Positions 11,445 to 26,839 are shown, counted from the stretch's first letter. The stretch is 64,000 nucleotides of DNA from Tubulanus polymorphus (GCF_964204645.1 NC_134029.1:6572001-6636000); one strand, 5' to 3'. Made by a program: numbers and translations. Notes: generated by a model not told the origin, from the letters alone.

Positions 11445-14400
11445 CCCCGAGTACTACCGCCCCCTTCCGGCACGGGCCAGAATTACGTGTATTCTTTGAG
11501 AGCTTATAGTAATACGTTCGGATGTTCACGTTATACCTACAGATAGAAGGGTAGCACGTCTATTCATCAGCTATCGAAAACAACGAATGATTATAGGTTA
11601 AGATTAACCCGGAAACGAAGCAGAAGTAAACGATTTTATGCAAATTCCAGGTGATCGGAAGATTTCTGTCCGGTGCATCGTTCTACAAACGTTTCATGAA
11701 GGGAATATCTAACGAGTTGATTCCACTGTTGTTAGCTCGATATCTTGTCAATCTCCGGGTAGAAATAAGTTCCGTGTGCGTGTAATCAAATTATCTAAGC
11801 CAGTGTCTTTGTGTGAAATGCAATGAGATATTCTGATTTTAGAAAAAAAGTCCTCATCGTCGTAGATTTATCGAAGCTTGGCCTTCGGGTGAAATAGAAA
11901 TAACATTGTCTGTCTTGATGTGCAGCGCTTATAAACAAGGATTGTAATGCCAAAATGTGAAGTCTCATTGGTTCTAAAAGGTTAAACCAACGAGCTAAAA
12001 GCCAACGAGCTAGAACCTAATGAATCCCATATAAACAGCGATGTTTATCCGCCTCGATGGTTGTCCACGATAGAACAAAGGTAATTTCATATTTACAAGG
12101 TCGATTGATGAAGTGAACCGCGCCCAGAGACGTGTAGTTGGGTTAATTAGAATGGGCGATGGTGATTTCACGGTAGGCATGTCATTCGACTTCGTGCTGT
12201 TACCACAATAGTGTTAATATTCCAAATGATCCGCCATATCTAAAAGTAATGTAGTACGTGATAATAGCAACGTATATGAAACACACATTTCTTCCGAACT
12301 TCTCAACCCTAAACGTCGTCTAAATGCATTCACATCATTTTGTACTTGGCTTACAGATAGGCGACAAAGCCAGCTTTTAATTTCCGCAAATGATATGGTT
12401 GGTGATGACGCTTTCCGCGATAAAGGTGCACGAATCAATTGGCAAGATACCGATGGCATACTAGGAACCGGCGATAGATAAAGATTCAAAAATTCTAGTC
12501 TTTACGAATTTCTTACGATGTCGTTCCTGTACGCTTGTGATCAATTTAGAATGCATGTTTTTCTATGTACATTGAAAATTATACGATATTGTTCAATTCA
12601 GGATTTGTGGTAACTAGTCACGTGCGGTAGTAGTGAGTGACTGCTTATTCTCTTGGGGGCACAGTAAGAGACTTGTCCTTGGGAAAATCGAAGCGGGTAA
12701 CCTGTTTTTCTTTGATGCTTGAGATTTGAGGCTTGGCATTGATGATTCGCCTTATGGCGGCGCGATGGATCGGATATACGCGATGGCATTCTTCTGGCTC
12801 TTATGTGGCCTGACTGAAGTTACGTTGTTCGCATAACCAATGACCAATTTTTATTTTTGGATATCAGTGAAGGATTTACAAAGATTATGAGCTTCAGATT
12901 TTCATTGAACATCGGTTTCGAATCAGATTAGTTATCCAATTGAACTGGTAAACTATTCAAACAGTAGAAATATGAATATAAATGAGCAACTGGTAATCAT
13001 GGTCACAAAAATAGATTTCCCATCTTTAGAAATGGTGCACGTTCAACCTCACGTTTTGAATTCATTCATTATTACACGAAAGCTTATTGATATCGCTGAA
13101 AGCTCCATATGGACGGACAACAATATATGGGGAGTGATGCATTCGAATGATAGCAGTCAATTTTACGTCACGGTTAATAGTGATGTTAATTGAAGTTGAA
13201 AAGGCCGCGGCAAGTACATCCTGAAATCCATACTTTACCGCAATAAACGGCGAACAATCCTAATTACATTTTATTCTCGGATATATATATATAGTGTACA
13301 CTTTATGATGTCCGTGAATATTGTCTTCTGATTGTCGAGTCAAATGTATTCATCTCTCAATTGAATTGCATTATCCCGCTAGAATTGAATACATTAACTA
13401 CGCGAGTTATGTACCAGAAATCCCACGAGGCGAGGTACATATTATATGCGGATCCGATGTCACGATGAATAAAGTTATTGAATTGAATTGTCACTCTATT
13501 CAGGAACAATGTTGCGAATAAAATCATCCAGTATCTAAGGGTAACCCATCTCGTTGTATACAGTCACTTTTGGCCATTTCTGAAATTCCCTCACCTATTG
13601 TGCCGCAGAATAATGATAATAACCGATACATTATTAGTCATATCGATACGAAGCATTATAGCATGTTACTTCCGATCGATATGAACTTTATGAATTGTGG
13701 TTTTCACTTTCATCAATGCACTGATGAAAATGAAAGAAGAATTCATTAGGTTCATTGGCGTGTCAGTGATGACCGTAACAACAACAATCTTATGATGATA
13801 TCCTAGATCCAAAAAGATCAAATCCATCAATATTGTCCGTTTCAATGTTGGGGTTTTTCTACAATCTCGGTCGGTTCAGAGAGTACGTTTGCAAATGTTA
13901 TTCATCTGAGATTGCTTTAAAAAAAAGTAAATTCACGCGACTCAAGTATAGGCCTCTGGGAAAACCGGTGGTCAAAATCTTCATTTTTTAAAGAGATTGA
14001 TAATTTACACTTCCAAATAGTTATTTGGCATCATTCGCGTATGCGGGAGTTATCGGGCTATTACGAACCATAATGTATACGTATACATATTGTATGTATA
14101 GCTTACATAAAATTCTACTCATGTTCAAGAGATAGCATATAAGGGTTCTCTCCGTTCAGGCGAGTTCCCCGTGAGGTCAGGGTTATATTCCGCCGAGAAT
14201 CCAATAATAAGACAGATTACAATTGGGTTTCTGGAGATGAACAAATGCGAATGTAGCAGACGAATTCTCAAAATCATATTCATAGATCAACCAGTCATAC
14301 TTTTGGTTCCCTGCATTATATATCATAATTCTTTGCGCCAATTATGTCGGTATTTCTTGGTGAGAAGATTTTTCATCGCAAAGTGGACGTACAGTTCTGA

Positions 14401-14669
14401 AAAGATGTATAATACGGATGATTTTTATGCTGTCGGGATGTGCAATGGACATGCCATAAAATAAGATCGATTGTGGAGGGGTCATTGCGTGGATCTTACG
14501 AAGATTATATTATATTGTTCGTTTTATTGCCAAATGATGATAAGAATTTCTGTCACTCTATATGGCAGAGAGTGGATTTTCGTTTATTGCATTCTTTGTA
14601 GTGCTTCAATATGTCAGACTTGAGAAAAGCACAGCTGTCGTTAGCACCTGATAGTTTGAATTTCTTAGA

Positions 14670-14885
14670 ATTTGATACCTTTTTTTCTCCTTACATGGAG
14701 TAACAATTTCTAGACATTTTCATATTCTAAAACATTTGATGTTTTTACATCTTTTTTTAACATATATGTCATGAATTTGAATAGATTTCTCTTGATACTC
14801 TTTTTTCTCCTTTACTTTACATGGAGTTACACTTTTTAGACATTTTCATATTCTAAAACACTTGATTTTTCTTTTTTTAACATTA
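14670..14885. repeat. Imperfect tandem duplication of about 120 bp
   Basis: Two copies of gatac.ttttttctcct..tacatggagt.aca.ttt.tagacattttcatattctaaaaca.ttgat...ctttttttaacat. Confidence 0.75.
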
Positions 14886-16248
14886 ATGCCATTTTCTATG
14901 CGAATAATGCATTACGGATAAGAAAAATTGATCAAAATTATCGTCGCTTTAATGAGGAGATCTTGAGCAGGCTCCATAAACCTAATTTCTGTCTGACGCG
15001 TATGACAAAAAAGATCGAAATTCGATACACGAAGAGATTGAATTAAAATTGTATTTTGCGCGTTGCCGATGCAGACCGGGTCGGGTATGTCATTCCGCTT
15101 GGTGCTCTCTCTGTAACGGCTGAATTTGAATTTACATACTGAGAAAAAGAGGTCGAAGCGGAATGATAAAATAAAAACAGATATCAATCCGGAAATGAAA
15201 CGAAATGAAAATGAAATCCGGATATAAAATGGCGCCTTCCGCGATTAGATAAGAAATAATGAAATTACGAGCATAATTTCGTCTACTCGAAAAGGTGATT
15301 TGGTAACATTAAAATTGCTTATCTTCACAGGAGAGAAAATGCAATAAATTCAAATTTCTAAATTGAAATAATTACACCGTCGACGTTTCTGATAAAGAGT
15401 AAACAAAATTTGGAAAATGAAGTTTGAAGAATAAACAAGGCAATAATAAGGTGAAGTGGGTGAACGAAATTCATCCAAGAAAGGTCGTAATATTTCCCTC
15501 GCTACTTTTGGCGAAATCCAAATTCTCTTTAAGTTTTTCGAATTTATGTCATCTTAAAAATATTAGAAACGATTATGAATAATCGAAGCAGCTATTTGAT
15601 AAATCAATTTTCCCACTTGTTTGTATTATCGAATATTGGAAATAAAGTGATTATTGTATTGTATTTTATTGTTTATATTGCAAAAAAACTTCGGCCTTTT
15701 TGACGACATTACTTTCAGGTAGCCACCGTACGGTGACGAAAATCCGTATTACGCAGGCTCTTTTTCCGTGACGTAAAACTAACGTTACGTAGGAGCAATA
15801 ATTACTAGCCGCCTCGCACCAATGATATAGAGACTAGCAGCTGATTAGTAGCTTATCGACGCATTTCCTGTGTGGACATAACGAACCGATAGATAGAAGA
15901 TATCGACACTGACACGATACCCCCTAACTGTGCATTATCACGCGGTACCCTTCACTCAGTCGTAGCCGAGTAAAGTGCCGTATATCGCTAATACATCAAA
16001 TCATTCATTATTTTCCGTCTTCTCGATATGAAACCTTATTACGAGAGATTGGCAGCTCTTTATTTTTCTTATGTCATTGACGTCTTAATTATCGTTGTCA
16101 TCGTCAACACATCCATGCCCTCATTCACGTTATAAATGATCGCATTTTTGCTAATGATGATAGCGAGCTACTGCATTAATTTCCTTTGTGTGTATAATGA
16201 GAAGTATTTTCTCTATTAGACGAATATTCGCCCACTAAGGAGCAAGGC

Positions 16249-17406
<1,158 letters not shown>

Positions 17407-17410
17407 TTTA

Positions 17411-18420
17411 ATACAGCGATTACGGGTTTTCTGGATGCATGTGATCGAAAGGAAAAATTAATTACCGGGTATTCGATGGAAAATATAAAATGAGATGATT
17501 TGGATATTATCGGAGAAATCCTCTTTTTGGTTGGTCTAACCCCAGTATAGTCCCCCGTGATTTGGAAATTCTCGGAGCCCTCCTTTATTTACTTACTAAA
17601 TGACGTCACAAACTGTTATTTCGCCGGTGCTTGTTGTCTAACAATTCAATTCAATTCTTTATTTACAGTAACCTAATAAGTAATTTTAAGTTTCAAATAG
17701 GATGGAAAGTACATTCAGACAATCTGTTGGTTCAGAGAGACCGTTATTACAGTATCAATTTATACATTTCGTTTCGAAGCTGTCAGTTGCCGAATCTGAA
17801 TGAAGATGAATTTTATTTGACGAAATCCGCGGAAAATATATAATAATAATAATAATCAACAGAATTTCAAGAGGGTTTTCGACGAAAGTCAGAAAACCCT
17901 AATAATAATAATAGTAATAATAATAATAAATATAATAAATATAGCTGCAAAGCAGCGATAACGGGTTTTCTGGATGCATGTGATCGAAAGGAAAAATTAA
18001 TTACCGGGTATTCGATGGAAAAAATAAAATGAGATGATTTGGATATTATCGGAGAAATCCTCTTTTTGGTTGAATGGTCTAACCCCAGTATGGTCCCCCT
18101 TGATTTGGAAATTCTCGGAGCCCTCCTTTATTTACTTACTAAATGACGTCACAAACTGTTATTTTGCCGGTGCTTGTTGTCTAACAATTCAATTCAATTC
18201 TTTATTTACAGTAACCTAATAAGTAATTTTAAGTTTCAAATAGGATGGAAAGTACATTCAGACAATCTGTTGGTTCAGAGAGACCGTTATTCGTTTCGAA
18301 GCTGTCAGTTGCCGAATCTGAATGAAGATGAATTTTTTTCGACGAAATCGGCGGAAAATATATAATAATAATAATCAACAGAATTTCAAGAGGGTTTTCG
18401 ACGAAAGTCAGAAAACCCTA
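17411..18420 (+). mobile_element. Two tandem near-identical 480-bp non-autonomous elements with a subterminal inverted repeat and 3' hairpin (Helentron/HINE-like architecture)
   Basis: Copy A about 17411-17900, copy B 17941-18420, separated by AAT repeats. The 5' gggttttct is inverse to the 3' agaaaaccc. 3' stem-loop AGGGTTTTC-GAC-GAAA-GTC-A-GAAAACCCT. The duplication is directly visible; the family assignment is inference. Confidence 0.7.
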
Positions 18421-18563
18421 ATGATGATGATAATAAGTGTCTTATATAGCACTAAATCAAGCCAGGCTGCTCTGAGCGCTTTACACTACGGCAATGTACG
18501 GGGTTCGAACCCACGACCTGGCTTCCCAGAGCCGAACGCTCTAACCTTTCGGCCACACCGCTC
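18421..18563 (-). mobile_element. Short tRNA-derived SINE with L2/CR1-type 3' end
   Basis: Minus strand: A box TGGCCGAAAGG, B box GGTTCGAACCC, then TGTAAAGCGCTCAGAGC...GTGCTATATAAG and a (TAT)n(CAT)n tail. Confidence 0.8.
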
Positions 18564-19679
18564 TAAGGCTTCCCGTATGATGGGATTAAGATTACGATAG
18601 TTGACGCGATCATCTTTGTGGATATTCGGATCGTAAATGTGGAATTGTTTCTATAGAGAAGACTTCCATTTTGATAGGATATACACCAGCTCTGTGAGGC
18701 TATTGCGATTCTTTTTTTTATGCTGGCCTCAATAACTGACGAAACCATTCAGATCATCACCGCAACACCCCGTAAACCGGAAGTCGACGGTGAAGCTGAA
18801 AAAAATAATGGCTGCATCAAATTGCGATTTCATTTTATCTATTTTTGTTGGCCCTTCATCGACGCTACCGCGCCAGCATTTTATTCGAATTTCATTAATT
18901 GACAATTCGATCAATTTAGTAATTTGAGTGCCATTATAAAGCTATATTTCTACATATATATGTGTTAACGTTGTGACGATATATGCTGACACTGAGGAGC
19001 ATAGGAAATGTTTTAATAATTCAAGCCGTCATTTCGGCTGATTCTCTAATTCGCGATCGATATTCCTATCTCCCCGTACAATACAAGTAGAAGAGTTCAT
19101 ATGAAATAGACAAATGAAATTACGCACTCGATACCAATTTACTCATGAGGTGCACGTGATGATAAATACTTTGCCCAGTAAATTATTGTCTTCGAAATCT
19201 CAAAATACGTATTAGAATTAAGAATGAAATATGTGTGTATTTTGTGAAATGTATCTGATTTGCGTGTAACATTTCACTCGGGTTGAATTAACGACGATCA
19301 CTCGTGGAGACTTTACCGCAATCTTTACTAGTCATTTCAATTGATCTTCAAGTCTACATCATTAAGCAATGCGACAATTTGCAGCCAATCTCAAACTTTA
19401 TAGTCTCGGCACAAATTGTCGAACACGTAAATCAGACACATCTCAATGGCGGACAGTTAACGTCGGTGGCTACGCGCTTGACGCATCTATCAGCATTTCT
19501 TATTCAAACAATTTTGCAATAAACGGCTTAATAAAACGATGCCGAGGGCTCTTCGAAACTGGAAATTGACTCGACCGGTAATCAAATTAACGATTCCTAA
19601 AACAGGTGAAAGAATGTTCCGTATGCAGCGGCTTTATTTGTATTGGGTGCGTACATGACCTTGACCTAAAGTAAGGTTA

Positions 19680-21468
19680 GGGGCTGTTCAAAAAACGTTA
19701 TTTGTAAATCCTGATACCCCTCCCCCTTGTAACAAGCTGTAACAAATTTGGCAGACCTATATGATATTACGTAACAAATGTTAACCCCCCCCCCCCCCCC
19801 AATGTTACCCCCCCCCAATAATTGACGAACAGAGTGTTTACTTAGCGAGTGTTAGTTCGTAAAAGCCACAGAGTTGGCTATTACAGTCTACTGAGTTGGC
19901 TATAACCAAAAATCCATAAAGACTAGTCTTCATGAATTTTTGCTATCACTTTTTTTCATTATTTCAATGAAAATAATATTATTTATTTATTTATTTATTT
20001 CCTGAATAATTTACATCAATGAATAAATACCAGACAAAATTACAATAGATGATTTATTTGGTTCATACAAAATATATATAAACTGATGTAAAATAACAGC
20101 AGGGCAACCAGAGGAAAGCAGAGCTTGTAATACCAGGCACCCCAAAAGGAACAAATAGAGATGAAATACGCACGATACACACAAACACACACACACGCAC
20201 GCACACTCGCAAGCAAGCAGCACACACGCACACACCAAAACACCCACCACATATAAGAAAAACCACACACATATATTCACACACATTTACAAGTAGACAC
20301 ACACACAAAAATGTATACATATAAATACATAAAGTTATACCTTGGAGTTTATTCCAAGGTTATACATACATCATATGAGCATAAGTAAGTACCATTTGAG
20401 AAGGTCATTGCACCTTATACATAATTATCATTATTATTATTTTCATGAATAAACTGTAACGATTAATAATGAGAAAGTAAAAGGTTTTTTGTTCGATTTT
20501 TGAAACTTTCAATAGAAGGGGAGTTTTTAATTGAATCATCCATAATATTCCAAATATTTGGACCGTTGACTTTTATTGAAAAACCTTTTAGATTTGATTT
20601 GAATGAGTCAGGGCGGATGTTGTTGCTGTTTCTAGTGTTGTATCCAACGTCATTCGTCTTAAAAAAATTATTGAACATCTCAGGTAACTTGTTATTGACA
20701 TATAGATACATGAATTGTCCAATTTGAAAATTGTTTATATCTGCCAATTTAAGAATTTTTGCAGACTTGAATAATGGTGAGGTATGGGCTCTAAAATCGG
20801 TTTTAAAGATAATGCGGACCGCTTTCTTCTGGAGAAGTTCCAGCTTTCTTAAGTTTGAAGGATAAGTATTACCCCATACAATATTACAATAGGTGAGATG
20901 GCAATAAATGAAAGAATAATACAACTGCAGTAAAGTTGTTTTTGACAAAATTCCATAAAGTCTACCCATTATACCAATGAACCGTGATAGTTTAGTACAG
21001 ATGCTATTAATGTGTGACTTCCAAGTAAGCTGGTCGTCAACTTGAACGCCTAGAAATTTTGTTGTCGAGACTTGTGATATAGACATATTGTTGATTTTGA
21101 TAGAAATTGAGTGTTTATGTTTAGCACGACTGAAAAACATGAAATGAGTCTTTTTCAAATTCAACTTGCATTAGGCCCTTCACAGGCCGACCTGTAACTT
21201 TCGATTCTTGAGGAATTATGTTTATGTTATGTTTAAGGTTTTATAGTTCCAGTTAAATAAAGCATTATTATCAGAAAATGGTCCAACTTCACCCCTGTCC
21301 TGGTTTTACTCCAAAAATGTCGCTCCAGATTTTTCATTTTCTACTGAGAATTTAAACATTTCGTTATGTTACAGATATTGAGACACCCCCTCGACCTGTA
21401 ACAATCTGTAACACCCTTTTTGACGTCCACCCACCCTTACACGCGTTACATAACCTTTGAACAACCCG
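19680..21468. mobile_element. PIF/Harbinger-like non-autonomous element interrupted by a LINE
   Basis: Left end tta|GGGGCTGTTCAAA, right end TTTGAACAACCCG (11/13 inverted match). Related tgtaacaa.ctgtaaca subterminal motifs near both ends. Confidence 0.5.
19978..21165 (-). mobile_element. 5'-truncated CR1/L2-group LINE (RT C-terminal region plus 3' UTR)
   Basis: ORF 21164-20463: NLKKTHFMFFS...KFLGVQVDDQLTWKSHI...LYYSFIYCHLTYCNIVWG...LQKKAVRII, typical of the CR1/L2 RT thumb. TG-rich UTR and (TAAA)n tail at about 19978-20000. Confidence 0.92.
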
Positions 21469-22077
21469 CACGAAAATGCCCTCCCTGGCCACGTCATGTT
21501 CAAACACAGCTAGTGTGCTGTTCAGTATTACTTTTCCTCTAGTATCAATGACAAATTTTATGGTTCGTACACCGCAGAATGGAATTGACATCATTAACGG
21601 ACCGCCTCGCTAATTAGTTCTTTTATGCCCGGCGTGGAAATTGGACTTTTATCATTGATTAATTCCCAGCGATAGTTGATAAAAAATCGTTCGATTACAC
21701 AACGCATGGGCATTCACTGAAACGAAACGACGGAAAATCATATATGTATATATATATTAGGATTTACTGATTTCGTTGTAGAATTGCAACGTCAATTTTT
21801 GCGTAGAGTTTCGTCGAGATGAACATAAAAAAAGAAAAAACTTTCGAAATCATATTCGAAAGAACCGAGAACCTTTTGATTTTTGCTGTGAGCCTTAAGT
21901 ATAGAATGATATGTCTGCTTCATATCTACCTCCTATTGAAATGTGAGGAGAATATCTTGAAAATCAACGAGTTCATTCAGCGAATATTTTCAACGGGAAA
22001 AGCAATTTTCTATAATTGTCAATAAAATGTTGAACCTTTCTTTGCTAAGAAATCTGCAATATCTGCGAATTCCTTTC

Positions 22078-22222
22078 TTTGGTGAAACCTTGATTTTGGA
22101 TTCAATCTATGGTGCATCAGTTAGAATTTCTGCACCGAAAAAGTTATGATTTTTTGGGTCAGTGCGCCCAATCGTAAGTCGTCGCTAAGCAACGGAAACT
22201 CCTCTGAAACATCTCACACTCC
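22078..22222 (+). repeat. Dispersed repeat of about 140 bp, copy 1 (copy 2 at 26667-26808)
   Basis: Shared tttgg.gaaacct.gattt.ggatt ... aaagttatgatt.tt.gggtcagtgc..ccaatcg...gtcgtcgct.ag..ac.gaaac...ctgaaac.tctc.cact.cc. Confidence 0.7.
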
Positions 22223-25200
22223 AAGGTCATATTCACCGGTCAAGGTCCCTTCATAATATTCATATTTTTCCGATGCTTGCATAAACTAAATAGATTCGTC
22301 AGATTTGTCAAAGCGTTCTCCTCTAGCACCGATGGCCGATCATTGCACGAGTTGCATTTCCTATAACAAATTGACTCTCATCTATCATAACATTAAAATA
22401 ATTGCCTGCAGAACTTTACGAAGACAAGGTTGCGCCTGCATGGCGAATGGATTATTTTTTCATTTTTCATCTGGTCGTAGAACCGCGTAAACACAATTCT
22501 ACCGTCATGAATACAAATAATACGAGGCGCGTGTGGTCATAGTCATCAGCAACTGACGATGACAATTAACTCAATGGAAGATGGTTATTCAGATGAGAAA
22601 GATTAATTATCGTGATTAATTGATGCTTGCTCTCCTCGTAAGCCCCAAGGTCACGCCGCTGCTATGATGAATATATCGCACACTTCCGTTTGTACAAGGG
22701 ACGCACCGATCAAACGAAAGCGTACGATTTTCTTCTTCGATTACACCGTCTTTTCGAAATTAATTAAACAAATGCACCTATAACGACTGTTTGTTGACTG
22801 TACGTGACCATTATGCGTTATTTGCAGCGTTGTCGGCGGCCCGCAGGCGGATGTAAACACATTTCAGCCGAGGTCGCGCACAATATCGCGAACTTTAATT
22901 GACAGGTAGCGATTGGTAGCCATGATTGCAACATATACGTTCCAGTGGAATTTGCTAGTTAGAGATGTCGAACAACGGCAATTTTTCATCAATATTCAGG
23001 AGGTTTTGCGATATTTTCCCGGATCAAAAACCACATTTTTATCGGGAAAAGCATAGAACATGGTGTCCCCAGGCTTTGCGTTGTATATATTGCCTTTTTT
23101 AGTTCGATAGAATGTCCTTCATGAAACGTGCAATGTAGAAAAATTTGAGAACGTTTCGTTGCTTCGACGGAATTTGACATTTTGGTGCCAAAACGAAACA
23201 CTGTTTTTGCGAGGCGTCAAAACTGGAAATTCTTTGTTTTGGCGCCCTCGCCAAACGTTTAAACGGATTTTTAAAAGAGAATTCGACGTCTTTTTTTCTA
23301 TTTTCTATGTCTCGGTGTTCATTCGCATATCAGGAATTCAAGTTACGGCCCGAATCAGCCACCGTATGGTACAGACATTTTTTGAATGAAATCCATACCA
23401 TGCCGTCATTCGGCAACGGGTGATAACGATTCTAACGTACGTATATACAACCGGAACACAGCAAGGATTTTCATCGAAATAGTGAAAATACCTCCTAAAA
23501 ACAATTTTTAGACCATTTACCTTTTTGGGAAAGATCGACTGAATGCGGCGTTTGTTATGGAAGTTATAGAAATTGCAAAAACTGTGAAGCATACGATTAT
23601 GTATACCGAGTGTTTGTGGCACGTGATACAATATTTTCAGTATGCGGAACAGGACAACATTGATTTGTGATCTATCAAGACGGCTTAGATTGCAGATTAG
23701 TTCTTGTCAACTGAAAAATAGTGTATCATCTTCAACGACGTATAAACTACTTCTGAGATACACGATTGCCGGTTGTATACACGACTTTATTCATAGAATT
23801 TTATGGGTGCAGTCCAGAAATCGTAGATGTTCAGCTGTGTCCGTAAATACTCTCAGAAGACAGCCGTAAAAACACGATTGCATATTCACGCCATTCCTTA
23901 TCTTAGATAGAGCAAGTCAATTATCATGGAGCTGTTTGAGCTCTTTGTACGTGCGTTTTAGGGCAAGATCGTCTGATCCTATAACAGGATTTTAAGCTAT
24001 ATCTTTGTTGAATGACGTCGACTGGACTGGTGCATTGATAAAAACATGATAATGAATATATTTTATCAATTTTCAACTGTTCATGTTCTTAGTTATTGTA
24101 CTCCGCGGTTAGGTGCGGTGAAATAAAAGGAAATGATTTGCAGCTTCCCTGTAATATTGAACCGGATGTTTAGGGAATAATTTAGCCACAGCATCGACCA
24201 TCATTAGCAATAAAAGGCGTGTAAAACAAGCTTCCTCTAAAATTGATGTTTCGATACTCTAACAGACGACCAATGTCGCCATTGGTGATTTATCATCGAT
24301 TTGACAAAGTCCCGGATGGTGGTCGACTGTCATATCCATCAAAAAATGCAATTACATGACTTGGAGCAATTCGATCTACTGCTATACTTGACTAAAGAGG
24401 GCACAATATGCCTACTGAAAGATAGATTTTGCGTTCACAGTTGGTTTTTTTTGTTGAACACGTAGCCACGATGGTCAAGCTGCACCCCAACGTCGCTACC
24501 ACTGAACATTGTCACGTGCATACGGTATAGCGGATGGTATAGTGAACGTTTATTTTTCTGATACTAATCAATCCATCATTATTATTGGAATTATTTCTAC
24601 GCGGATGTAACTTTGCTAGTTTATTGTGAGCATATCAAACAGAAACGTAGTGCCAAGTAAACACTTACCTCCACTACGATTGCCACTCGGAGCGCACGGT
24701 AGAATAGCGTGGGAATTATAATTACTGCTTTATGTAATAAATTATACAGTGTATCGAAATGAAAGTACAACTTAAATATTCTAACGTCTTTGCCTATACA
24801 CACTCTGTTAAAAGTGAAACAGTGTAATCTTGCTTTCCAAGCTCGTCAATCTCCGGACTGTCCAGGGAATACAACGATTCCATGTGGAAATCGCTTTTAT
24901 CCCCGCACAATGAAATATGATTATCGTGTATAAAATTCTGTGTAGCCCGCAGACGACATCATCCTCAGACGTCTGCTGTCGTCCGTCATAGGAATATATA
25001 AATATTTTTCCACCTAACGCGATGTCAATTGATGGCAGAAAAATCAAAATGTCGATGAAATTTCTAAACGGAGTCATACCATGTACAATTACATTTTCCT
25101 CTACTTTAGAGTTATTTCAAAGCTAGAAGAATTATCCGAACAATATTTGATTCTTATCTATTGATTTATCTTTTATATCGTGATTCACGTATCAGCTTTT

Positions 25201-26666
25201 TAACGAATACATTAACCAGTTCGAAAACAATATTCAATTCAGCTTCTTCGTTGAAATTAATGAAAATTGATTCGATTAGTATTTGCCAAATCGTTCGAAA
25301 GAAAAACAATAGCTGAACAATGAACAATGATGAATTATGAAAAACAATCGTATTTCAATCTATCAATTTCTTGTTTGAGAAATTCGATACGGCTGATGAT
25401 GAGATAGATGACTGAAAAAAAGAACCGTGTGCAATTCCAATTTTTATATGATATCCTCTTATTCAGTTTCCTGTCAATTCACTCCTCAGCGATATACGCG
25501 TCGTCCCGCCACATTATGGAGCTCAAGTAAATCGAAGAGAAAGGAGATGCTTTTTTCTTGAGCTCGCTCTCGAGTACCCACTTGAAACTATGTACATTTC
25601 TTCAGCTTCGTCTCTGGTATTCATTATAGAGTAGCTCTTCTGATATTGTTTAGAATACCGTAAAATGGATTAACCGTCGGTCTTCGGGATGAAATATTCA
25701 AACTATCTGTATATTCGAACATTCTGATATGGATTTTCATGCAATGAATTATTTCTACGATGACTTCGTTTTCAAATTCTTGTTCACATAAAAGGCTCCA
25801 AACCTTGAGCCCCTGTTTATTGAGTGAACGCACGATCCCCAAACAACAAAATCATAACAAATCCCCATTACGAATCGCAGGCGATACTACTTGCATTTAC
25901 AATTCCATTTACATTTTTATATTGCATTTCACGTTCGAAATTGGCTTACACGTGATCCTATTCCGCTATCTCATATAAGGGAGGGGGACATTACCTCGTG
26001 TATGACAGAATCGACTTAAGGAAAGCAAATCTAGCGATGGTGCAGGCGATTTATGGAAGCATATTGCTCGTATTTGGAGGACATAATACCTACTTGATTT
26101 TATTTGCCATTCTGCGGTCGAGTGCCTTTGCAATTTAGTATCAGCTCGAAATGTTCTATTAGCCAGTTGCTAGCGACGATTATACAACGTACTCGAGATG
26201 GTCACCACCTAATTACAATATCACGACCCGATCGACTGAGAGTAACAGTTCGCACGCGATTTAGATGCGTGTAGACTCGGTAATGGTCGACATTGCCGCA
26301 TTATATTATATAGACATCATGTCTTGAGAAATTATGGCACACGATTTTGAAATTTCGTGTATTCTATTCTAGAACCTACCAGATTATGATAGGTTTTTTA
26401 TTTGAAGGATCTGGTGGTAATTTGGACCGGGATTCTGAATTAATGAAGAAAAAGATTTTTCAAGTTGAATCAGTGACTAGAAAAGTCTCTAGCTACGCTA
26501 TCAGCTTGTGATGTGAAATTAAAGTTGAAATATCTTGAAAAATCAACAATCAAATTATGGATTTTTAAAGATGAAAACAAATTTTCATTAGAATTGACAA
26601 TAACATGCCACGTGTGATGTGTATTTTCCTACGAACAACTTAGAAAGGTCGAACATTTATAGTCTC

Positions 26667-26808
26667 TTTGGCGAAACCTAGATTTCGGATTTAGCGTTTG
26701 GCGCAATCGGAATTTTTGCAAATAAAGTTATGATTCTTCGGGTCAGTGCCCAATCGCGGGTCGTCGCTGAGTGACAGAAACGTCTCCCCTGAAACGTCTC
26801 TCACTTCC
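26667..26808 (+). repeat. Dispersed repeat of about 140 bp, copy 2
   Basis: Colinear similarity to 22078-22222. Confidence 0.7.
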
Positions 26809-26839
26809 GCAAATGACAATTTACAGCTTTTACTAGTAA

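Noticed and set aside
15689-15722. Possible Penelope-type hammerhead ribozyme remnant on the minus strand
   Set aside because: Core CUGANGA and GAAA are both mismatched and helices do not pair; no intact hammerhead was found by eye elsewhere.
18490-18563. Possible tRNA gene on the minus strand
   Set aside because: A and B boxes are present, but there is no pairing acceptor stem and it runs into a SINE-type tail.
17631-18600. Duplicated ORFs MLSNNSIQFF... and MIWILSEKSS...
   Set aside because: Incidental frames inside the duplicated non-coding element; indels between the copies break the frames.
20011-20320. Three overlapping Cys/Val-rich ORFs
   Set aside because: Produced by the (TG)-rich 3' UTR of the LINE.
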